Shown here one piece after another: positions 9,396-16,907 of a stretch of DNA of 64,000 nt. The position numbers and the translations under genes are program-made. The DNA lies in assembly GCA_030615605.1 (NCBI GenBank), contig JAUWYY010000005.1, positions 119,067 to 183,066 of the forward strand, written 5' to 3'. Position 1 is the stretch's first letter. The number at the start of each line of letters is the position of its first letter. The stretch is from a bacterium (GTDB taxonomy: Bacteria; Armatimonadota; Zipacnadia; Zipacnadales; Zipacnadaceae). The notes under the pieces are model-generated. The model was not told where the DNA came from, ran no database searches, and was given only the letters and a program-made list of their open reading frames with translations.

Positions 9396-11018
9396 GACGC
9401 CAAGTTTCTGCGTAGTATTGAACTGCTATTGCACCAAGGCAAGCGTGACGAAGCCAAAGCCCACTTTGAACAGGTCAAGGGATCCGCCGCGAACTCAGCG
9501 ACAGCACTTGTGGCCGAGGCACTGCTGCTCTTCTTTGATTATGATTGGAAACGTGCAATCACGGCTGCCCAGTCGGCGGAAACGAAATCCCGTGCTGCCG
9601 ATGATATGCTTCTCACTTCATGGGCCTGCCGACTGTGCTCGGAATCGCAGCGTGGGCTGGCCGACTACGGTGGAGCCCTGTCATCGGCCGAGGATGCTGT
9701 GCGAGCTGCCCGAGCTGCGGAAGACAAGCTTGCCGAATCCAGCGCACTCGCCAGTTACTCAGATGCTCTGCGTATGTTGTACCGGAATGAAGAGGGCTTG
9801 AGTACGGCTGAGGAGGGATTAGAGGCTGGGCTGTCTGCGCAAGACGTGCTCGCCCAAGCTTACGCGCTTCTCGTGAAATCCCACGTGCTCGTGGTACTGG
9901 ACTGCTACGACGAAGCACTGGAATCAGCTGAGGAGGCCCTGTCACTATGCCAATCCACTGAGAATAGGTACTGTCAAGGCCTTGGTCATTTTGCTAGGTC
10001 CCAGGCCCTGCGCATGCGAGGCGACTTCGAGGAGGCGGTGGAAGCTGCAGATCAAGCGTTGCTGATCTCAGAAGATGCTGGACATCAAGTTGTCCGAATC
10101 ATCGCACTGCTCTGCAAGGCAAGAGCGTTACGCATGTTGGATCAGCGTGAGGGTTCCCTGATAACAGCTCGAGAGGCACTGGCCATCGCCCAAGCTATCA
10201 AATACAAGCGCGGCGAAGCCAACGCACTCATCAGCATCTGCGATGCGCTATTTGTGCGGGAGCACTATCATGAGGCGTTGGCAAGAGCCGAAGAGGCGTT
10301 TCGCGCTGCCCAAGCGGCTGAAGACAAGGTTGTAGAAGCCAATGCATTGCTGAGCAAGTCCAAGATACTGCACGCTATGGAGCGGGACGAGGAAGCCTTG
10401 GTGGCAGCCGAGGATGCAGATAAGCTAGCCTCGCTAACTGCCGATGCAGAGCTAGCGGATTCCGCTCGCAGCAACCTCATTGGGCTTCTTGAGGAAAAGG
10501 GCATGAGCAGCGAAGAGATAGCAGAATTACTATACATGCTGAGTCAGCGGCCCCTCGGGAGATACACCATTCACACCCACGACAAAGGAGAAGAGCGTGT
10601 GACCGCAAGGCAGCTGAAGGAGTTCCGGGAGAGACGCAAGCCCCATGACCATTTTGTCTGGATAAACCAGCTAAGGAAAGAGTGTTACATCAAGGCCACG
10701 GAGGACACCAAAGAAACGGTGAAGGTTGAGCTGTCCGGAGTGCCACTCGCCACACTAGCAGAGCTGGTCAAGGCTCATGGGCAGGAAGTGCCCACCGCCG
10801 CACTGTATGAGGCGGGACGTGACCACGCTGCTGGACGGACGACGACGGTGGCTGAGAACGTCCGTGGCACAGTATATCTTATACGAGAAGCTCTACGGGA
10901 GGTCAATCTGGACGCCGACAGCTTGATACCCGAACCACCGCGTGGCGGAGGCGCGTACAAATGGGCTGGACCTGTGAACTTCTGCATCATAAGTCACCAG
11001 AGCAAGCAGAGCGGTTAA
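9396..11018 (+). CDS. TPR-repeat protein (ORF open from 9222; start chosen at GTG 9396 with AGGAGGA RBS)
   Basis: More than eight degenerate 34-aa repeats with the A/L/E pattern typical of TPRs (e.g. 'AEEALSLCQSTENRYCQGLGHFARSQALRMRGDFEEAVEAADQALLI'). Confidence 0.7.
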   Translation, partial: DAKFLRSIELLLHQGKRDEAKAHFEQVKGSAANSATALVAEALLLFFDYDWKRAITAAQSAETKSRAADDMLLTSWACRLCSESQRGLADYGGALSSAEDAVRAARAAEDKLAESSALASYSDALRMLYRNEEGLSTAEEGLEAGLSAQDVLAQAYALLVKSHVLVVLDCYDEALESAEEALSLCQSTENRYCQGLGHFARSQALRMRGDFEEAVEAADQALLISEDAGHQVVRIIALLCKARALRMLDQREGSLITAREALAIAQAIKYKRGEANALISICDALFVREHYHEALARAEEAFRAAQAAEDKVVEANALLSKSKILHAMERDEEALVAAEDADKLASLTADAELADSARSNLIGLLEEKGMSSEEIAELLYMLSQRPLGRYTIHTHDKGEERVTARQLKEFRERRKPHDHFVWINQLRKECYIKATEDTKETVKVELSGVPLATLAELVKAHGQEVPTAALYEAGRDHAAGRTTTVAENVRGTVYLIREALREVNLDADSLIPEPPRGGGAYKWAGPVNFCIISHQSKQSG

Positions 11019-11695
11019 CTGCGCTGGGCTGACCACCACTCGTACGGCGGCTTGCACTCATGCAACGAAACTAAGTCTGCCATAATTAGTTCCCAAGCTG
11101 CCACGAACTCATCCAAGTGCTTGTAGGAATCGTCGTTCTTGGGCCGCAGTCGCGTTAGCTCCTCCCAGTTGGCCATGCATTTGTCGTATTCAGGGCAACA
11201 CAGTTCCTCGATGTTAGGTACCATCACCAGATTCTGAACGTATCGGCCTCCGTCCGCCTCGGGATCATGGAGGTACTCACGCTCAAGCGCAGGCAGCTGC
11301 TCTGCAAACCGCTTCTTTCGCCACCCTCTCGTCAGGGAGTTGAGTGTCCGTCCCGTTCCGAACGTGAGGTATCCACAGGGCCCTCTCGTAGGGAACTGTG
11401 TGCCGTGCTTGGCTGGCTTGGCAAGTTGGTGGGGGCAATATGCGACCCGCGCTCCTTCAACTAACGCAGCGAACATCCTGGCGAGGTTATCTGGTGAGAG
11501 AACTTCATGCTTGTATAGAGGTTCCCAGAGACGCTGCGTGACGAGCCAGGAAATCACCTTCTGCCTCTGTCTGCCACCAATCTCTCCTGTCCGCAGTGGG
11601 CGGAGCTGAAGGCTACGATAGAATCCTTCGTCCTGACAATAACCATCAAGAAAGACCCCTAAGGTCGTTCCATAATCGCATTCAAATTGAACCAT
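11015..11695 (-). CDS. hypothetical protein (226 aa)
   Basis: Long ORF with coding-like codon bias. No recognisable motif. Confidence 0.45.
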   Translation of the reverse strand: MVQFECDYGTTLGVFLDGYCQDEGFYRSLQLRPLRTGEIGGRQRQKVISWLVTQRLWEPLYKHEVLSPDNLARMFAALVEGARVAYCPHQLAKPAKHGTQFPTRGPCGYLTFGTGRTLNSLTRGWRKKRFAEQLPALEREYLHDPEADGGRYVQNLVMVPNIEELCCPEYDKCMANWEELTRLRPKNDDSYKHLDEFVAAWELIMADLVSLHECKPPYEWWSAQRS

Positions 11696-12472
11696 ACAGC
11701 ATGGGTAGAGAATGAGCCTTATGAATCTTGTGGTGGGTGCGTGCTGGCCAAGAGACAGCAGAGTGGCAAATTCGACCCAAAATCGACGAAACTCCGATGG
11801 GTTCTAGATATTCGTTCTGGTTACACTGGGGTAAAATAATAGCAGAAGAACGGGGCAGCCCGCGACTCTCGAGACCTTGGGTGGGAACCGAGATGGATCT
11901 GTCCATACCAGAGAACAGTAGGTCCTTGGTAGGAGCGGCCTGCATAGGCCGCCGGGCTGCCCGTTCTAATGATCAGCATAACCTGCACACATAAGGGGTG
12001 TCAAGCAATGGGCAACCATCTGGCGGTGGAAATGCGTAGCAAGGCCCTGCTGCTACGCATGGTAGACCAAGACAACCAGTCGTACCTTGCCGGAATGGAG
12101 GGACGCCGGCGGCTGATCGTGGGAACGGATGGTTTCTGCCATGTGCAGATCAATCAGGATAGCGACACACCTATCCGATTGGCTCTGACCATTGACCACG
12201 CCACCCAGAGGCTCATCGGAGGCGAACGATCTCAAGATAAAGGCCAAAAAAGGAGCACACGACGATGATTCTTTCGGCTTGTGATGTGTGCGGACTATCG
12301 TGTCAACTCAGCCACCAGGCAAACCATTTGGGTGATAACAGGAGGTTCAACCCTGATTCGTCGCAGCCGCACCATCAAGTCGAGGAGAGGCCCCCGGAGG
12401 TGGATGGAGAGCGCGACCGTTGGTCGGATCCGCCACTGCGGGCGCTTCTCGACAGGAAGGAGGAAACCAGCA

Positions 12473-12703
12473 ATGGGCATACTTGAAATGCCAAAACCGC
12501 TCCCAGACATGTTCCCGGTCAAGAAGCTGCCGGAGTGGCCCTTCCGGGTACCGTTCCCCACCAAGCCGATAATACCTCACACTCCGGCGCCATTTGACCC
12601 CTTGGCTCGGTGGAACAAGATATGGGTCAAGCGGTTCATCAGAGCGGATGTCGCCCGCCGGAAGCGGGAGAGACGGCAAGGCTATCGGTTCAGGATCCAC
12701 TAG
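12473..12703 (+). CDS. small proline-rich basic protein (76 aa)
   Basis: Strong RBS 'AGGAGGAAACCAGCA-ATG'. The larger track ORF 12281..12703 is probably spurious upstream of this start. Confidence 0.4.
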   Translation: MGILEMPKPLPDMFPVKKLPEWPFRVPFPTKPIIPHTPAPFDPLARWNKIWVKRFIRADVARRKRERRQGYRFRIH

Positions 12704-12850
12704 CTGCACGTCCAACTGCTCTGCTGGGGACGTCGCTCTCCCGTCCCCAGTTCTGAGTCAAGTACGGGCATGGCGCCCTGGCCAGCAGCGGGAGAGGAGG
12801 TCCGCAATGGTTTCCCGTCGATCCAACAAGTCATTCAAGGAGGTGAGAAA

Positions 12851-13310
12851 GATGCAGGCAATCACAAACAGCCAACAGGCGGCCGAGATCCTGCGGAAAG
12901 CAGGCATTAAGGCCAAAGCAGAGAGTGAAGAAGTAGGCAAAGTAGAGCGGCCGGGTATTTCGTTGGTGGTCTTCAACCGGAAGCCGCTGCTGGAGTTGGC
13001 AGTCATATGCGACGTATTCCCGGCCCAGTCCAGCCGGCAGCGAATCCAGCAGGCGGCACTGCGCCTCTCAGATATCAACGCCTCACTCAGAGGAAGTTGC
13101 AACGGCAATGGAGCCACCATCGCGTTCTTCACTCCGGGCCAGGAAGTACTAGTGGTCTCGCACCTGATGGCCACCGCTACGCCTGACAAGCTGCCGGCAG
13201 CAGCATTGTGGCTGCTTGAAACCGCTCGGCGAATCGGCCACGACGTCAATGGCATTCTGTATCCGGGGTATCAGGAAGAACGCGAGAAAGCGACGCCAGG
13301 ACAAAGCTAA
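12851..13310 (+). CDS. hypothetical protein (153 aa) upstream of Ubl operon
   Basis: RBS 'AGGAGGTGAGAAAG-ATG'. Same strand as, and 75 nt upstream of, the Ubl gene. Confidence 0.5.
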
Positions 13311-13384
13311 TCTCACGGCAAGAGCACGGCGTTGCCTGGCCAGAGCGAGGGCCGCGCACAACATCCGAAAGGGGGTGATCTACC

Positions 13385-13621
13385 ATGAAAGACCTGCTCA
13401 TAGTAATACCCGGGGCTCAGGACGAGAACGAGTCCCGGAGAGAGATCACAATCAAGCCGGGCACTACCGCCGCAGACATCCTGCAGGCGTGTGGGCTGGA
13501 GGGATACTTCCTGTCCAAAGACGGCGGGAGCACGTTCTTCACTTCGGACGAGGATGTCTACAAGCAGGTTGAGTCCGGAGCCAAGCTGTTTGCGACCTCG
13601 GACGTAAAAGTCGGCTGGTAG
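13385..13621 (+). CDS. ubiquitin-like (beta-grasp) small protein, BilA-like; C-terminus ...KVGW
   Basis: 78 aa. RBS 'AAAGGGGGTGATCTACC-ATG'. Alternating hydrophobic beta-strand pattern (LLIVIPG / REITIKPG / KLFAT) consistent with a beta-grasp. First gene of the Ubl-E2-JAB-E1 array. Confidence 0.6.
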   Translation: MKDLLIVIPGAQDENESRREITIKPGTTAADILQACGLEGYFLSKDGGSTFFTSDEDVYKQVESGAKLFATSDVKVGW

Positions 13622-13691
13622 TGCCGGGGACAGTCCGGCTAGGGGGAGGGGAGCTATTGAGCTGCCCCTCCCCCCTACAGGAGGTGATCGT

Positions 13692-14063
13692 ATGCGCAGA
13701 ATTGTCGAACCCAGCCGCACCCCACGGAACAGGATCGTAGTAGACAAGCACAACGTGCCCTATTGGCGCGAGCAAGGCTGGCGCAGTGTGGGTGGTGGCT
13801 ATGAAGGCACATATCGCTCGCCAAACGCGAGACTATTTGGGGAGATTGAGCGCGGCGGCGGCGGCGGCGGTCGGCTGCTGTTGTTCATCAGCGGCCCGCC
13901 TCGGTACGTCATCAACAGTTCCCACGCGCCGTGCTTCCAGCACATCGGCAACAATTGGTGGTCGATTCACTTTGCCAAGAGGCCGCGGAGTGTCTCCGAG
14001 GGGATTCTCGCAGTCGAGCAGACACTGGCCAGCGCCTATCGGGAAACAAGCAGGGAGGTTTGA
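13692..14063 (+). CDS. E2-like ubiquitin-conjugating enzyme homolog (UBC-like fold), BilB-like
   Basis: RBS 'CAGGAGGTGATCGT-ATG'. 'RLLLFISGPPRYVINSSHAPCFQHIGNNWWSI' matches the UBC core pattern (FP.dYP..PP.v.F...HPN...iC...W). Putative catalytic Cys in 'HAPC'. Poly-Gly insert. Confidence 0.5.
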   Translation: MRRIVEPSRTPRNRIVVDKHNVPYWREQGWRSVGGGYEGTYRSPNARLFGEIERGGGGGGRLLLFISGPPRYVINSSHAPCFQHIGNNWWSIHFAKRPRSVSEGILAVEQTLASAYRETSREV

Positions 14064-14066
14064 GAG

Positions 14067-14771
14067 ATGAGAACGCAGCGGTTGATTCTACCCAACAAAG
14101 AGATTATCACGTTTCGGCCTGGTCGTGGGGAACAGGCCGACCAAATCTGGCAGGAGTGGGCCAAGCCTCGTCGCGAGCGACGCCTGGAAACCGGTCAGCT
14201 GAGCTTGGACTTCTCGGGGGATCCGGGAGAGCCGTACCAGCGGGCCGAAAGCTCGGCACTTGAGCCACAGGAAGACATCTCTTACTACCTGGTCGGCTCG
14301 CGCTTCCTGACCTGGTGCAGCAAGCTGCTGCTGCGCAGCGCCGACGAAGGGCTGGTCTTCGTGAGCGGGCTGCAGCTAGAGCCGATACTGACACTGGATC
14401 AACTGGTCGGCTTCGGGTTGAAGCGGCAAAGCCTGACCGGAGCTGAGGCCGACCGCGGCTCGGCCCTACGGGCCCTGATCCAGCTCGACTGCTTTGGGCA
14501 CAAACTTCACGGTGTGTTTCACAGCCATCCGGGCGACGGCCCGATAGGCACGCTGCCTTCGGGCATCGACCACGAGACCCAGGCCCGCCTGGAGCGGGGC
14601 GGCTACCCCGTGATCGGGGGCATCTTCTCGCGCGACGGGTATGTGCGGTTCTTCTCTGAGAAAAACCAGTTTGAGGTGATTACCTATGGTACAGGCATCG
14701 AGTCAGCCGGTGAGAAGGTCTTCCGTGTCTGTAAAGACAGTAACCTACAAGACCAAGCCGCTCGTAGCTGA
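14067..14771 (+). CDS. JAB/MPN (JAMM) metallopeptidase, deubiquitinase-like, BilC-like
   Basis: JAMM zinc motif 'HGVFHSHPGDGPIGTLPSGIDHE' (HxH..S..D). Starts 4 nt after the E2-like stop. Confidence 0.8.
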   Translation: MRTQRLILPNKEIITFRPGRGEQADQIWQEWAKPRRERRLETGQLSLDFSGDPGEPYQRAESSALEPQEDISYYLVGSRFLTWCSKLLLRSADEGLVFVSGLQLEPILTLDQLVGFGLKRQSLTGAEADRGSALRALIQLDCFGHKLHGVFHSHPGDGPIGTLPSGIDHETQARLERGGYPVIGGIFSRDGYVRFFSEKNQFEVITYGTGIESAGEKVFRVCKDSNLQDQAARS

Positions 14772-15519
14772 GTGGGGCGAGGACAGATTCAGCGACCGCC
14801 AGGAGCGAGTGCCGGGGTTCGATCAGGACAGCCTGTCCGCTACCTCAGTGGCCTTGGTCGGGTGCGGGGGATTCGGCGGTGAGCTGGGCGAGGGGTTAGC
14901 GCGAAAGGGCGTCGGGAGCCTCTATTTGTTCGACGGGGATATTGTGGAGCTGTCCAACCTCAATCGCCAGCGCTTCTTCCGGGAGGACCTCTACCGCAAC
15001 AAGGCTGTTTGCGCAGCCCAGAATCTGGCTACAGAATGCTCTGGAGGCACTACGATCCAGGGCTTTGCCGCTACTTTCCAGGACATAGCCGAATCGCCCA
15101 GGATGCCGCCAGCCGACCTTATCGTGTGCGGCGTGGACAACAACGAAACGCGCGTCTACTGCGCCCGCTACGCCCTCAACAGGAGCCTACCGGTTGTGTT
15201 GCTGGGGACCGATGAAACCGCTGACTTTGGATACGTCTTTGTCCAGACGCCGGAGCAGGCTTGTTTCGGGTGCCTGTTTCCCCACGCTGTAGCAGAGCAG
15301 GCAGCGGATCCTGCTCCCTGCGCCAAGGTCGCGGCCGTGAAGGATGTTCTCAAGGCTCTCGCGGGTATTGCGCTCTATGCCGTTGACAGCTTGCTGATGC
15401 CCAGAAAACGCCACTGGAACTACCGACAAATCTCTCTGTCCGCAGAGCTGCCCGATGTGACCAGGACGATCCAGAAGCGGCCTGACTGCAAGCTGTGTGG
15501 TCGGTCAGAGGAGGGTTGA
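14686..15519 (+). CDS. E1-like ubiquitin-activating enzyme (ThiF/MoeB/HesA family), BilD-like
   Basis: 'VALVGCGGFGGELGEGLARKGVGSLYLFDGDIVELSNLNRQ' is the canonical ThiF/E1 nucleotide-binding signature. CxxC pairs 'CFGC' and 'CKLCG' (zinc site). The 5' end overlaps the JAB ORF and the true start is uncertain. Confidence 0.85.
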   Translation: MVQASSQPVRRSSVSVKTVTYKTKPLVAEWGEDRFSDRQERVPGFDQDSLSATSVALVGCGGFGGELGEGLARKGVGSLYLFDGDIVELSNLNRQRFFREDLYRNKAVCAAQNLATECSGGTTIQGFAATFQDIAESPRMPPADLIVCGVDNNETRVYCARYALNRSLPVVLLGTDETADFGYVFVQTPEQACFGCLFPHAVAEQAADPAPCAKVAAVKDVLKALAGIALYAVDSLLMPRKRHWNYRQISLSAELPDVTRTIQKRPDCKLCGRSEEG

Positions 15520-15523
15520 TGTC

Positions 15524-15907
15524 ATGCAATGGGATCAGATGCCAGGGCGACCGCCACCCCGGCCCGGATCGCGGCTGACGCGGCCAACCCAGGGGGCACC
15601 ACACGCCCAGACGACGCGACGCCCGGCGCGGCTACCTCGGAGACCAGAGGCATACAGGGAGCCAGGCCCCTTCGCACGGATACGGCTGCTGGACCGATGC
15701 ATCGGTATCTGTCTTTGCCTGGTGACGATAGCAACTCTCGTTGGCCTGGCGGGAGAGTTCTTCACGGATCTGTTCAGCGATCCGCTGACCTTTGTAGACG
15801 CCCTTTGGAAGATCCCCTTTGCGGTGATAGCCGGGGCTGTAGTCTTGTTTCTGGTAGCGGCTCTGGGCGATTGTGCGTGGTGCCTGTGGCGGACCAGACA
15901 TCAATAG
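15524..15907 (+). CDS. small two-TM membrane protein, copy A (paralog of 16059..16424)
   Basis: GGAGG RBS. Pro/Arg-rich N-terminus followed by two hydrophobic helices. Shares 'DPLTF..ALWKIP' and 'C.W.LWRTR' with copy B. Confidence 0.6.
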   Translation: MQWDQMPGRPPPRPGSRLTRPTQGAPHAQTTRRPARLPRRPEAYREPGPFARIRLLDRCIGICLCLVTIATLVGLAGEFFTDLFSDPLTFVDALWKIPFAVIAGAVVLFLVAALGDCAWCLWRTRHQ

Positions 15908-16058
15908 CAAGTACGGAGAGATACTGATGGAGATAGGCGACATAAGGCAAATCCGGCTGCACGGCGGCATAACTGCCCAGCAGAAGGGAATTGTGGCGGG
16001 AAAAGAAAGTCCGGCCCAGCTGGCAGCTGTGCTACCTATGTGAAAGGAGATAAGTATC

Positions 16059-16424
16059 ATGCGACCAGACGAAATAGATCATTTTCCGCTGCCCCAGCCT
16101 CGGGCGAGGCAGATGCCACCCCGGGAGGCGACGCCCCGTGTCGTCGGGATGAGCCAGGTACCGAGACCGCATTATCCGGCCCCGCGCACCAACTGGGCAC
16201 GAACCATCGTTCGTTGGTTAGCTATGACAGCGGCGCTGGCCGCCATGGCCACCATCGCTGCAATCGTGGCATTATTCTTTATGGCGCTGTTCGCCGATCC
16301 TCTAACCTTCCTGAAGGCGTTGTGGAAGATACCGCTGAGTGTGATAACGGTTAGTATAGCTCTGCTGGTGGAGGTACCGCTAGCGCAATGTGTGTGGCAC
16401 TTGTGGCGGACCAGATATCGGTAG
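16059..16424 (+). CDS. small two-TM membrane protein, copy B
   Basis: RBS 'AAGGAGATAAGTATC-ATG'. 'FADPLTFLKALWKIPLSVITVSIALLVEVPLAQCVWHLWRTRYR' parallels copy A. Confidence 0.65.
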   Translation: MRPDEIDHFPLPQPRARQMPPREATPRVVGMSQVPRPHYPAPRTNWARTIVRWLAMTAALAAMATIAAIVALFFMALFADPLTFLKALWKIPLSVITVSIALLVEVPLAQCVWHLWRTRYR

Positions 16425-16440
16425 AAAGCGAGGAGATAGA

Positions 16441-16873
16441 CATGGAGATAGGAGACCTGCGCGAAGTTCTGTTGAATCAAGGCATAACCGCCGAGGACCA
16501 GGTAATCGTCGAAGGCCAGACCCAACCGCTGGTCCAATCGGCTGAGCAAGCTGTCTTCACACCCGAAGGCTATGTCCGCAGGCGCGTCATGCGGGTAACC
16601 CAGTGCGCCGGTTGTCTGCGCCTGTTTCATCAAGCAGGCGCTGCCGGGTCGGTATGCGTTGACTGTGGCAGGACCCTGTGCCTTACGTGTAGCCAGACGG
16701 TCTGTGCGGATCCGTACTGCCGAAAGCCCGTCTGCCCGGACGACTATACTCTGTGGTGGGATGGGCCTTTGTGCCGCTGGCATAACTGGCTGCGGGTCAG
16801 AGGCTACATCATCCGGGCCCTGGTGATGGCCTCATGTCTCGGCGGATTGGTCTGCTTACTGTTCAACAGCTAG
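16441..16873 (+). CDS. Cys-rich (zinc-ribbon-like) protein with C-terminal TM anchor
   Basis: RBS 'GAGGAGATAGAC-ATG'. CxxC..CxxC..CxxC..C..C cluster (CAGC, CVDC, CLTC, C..PYC, CPDD) and a terminal hydrophobic helix. The N-terminus 'MEIGDLREV' is duplicated as a 38-aa ORF at 15927. Confidence 0.55.
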
Positions 16874-16907
16874 TGGCGCCATAGTGACTTACAAAGGAGA
16901 GATCGCA

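Noticed and set aside
8886-9415. Overlapping plus-strand ORFs 8886..9212 and 9158..9415 before the TPR gene
   Set aside because: They lack RBS or domain signals. This region is better explained by the minus-strand wHTH candidate and the 5' UTR/start of the TPR gene.
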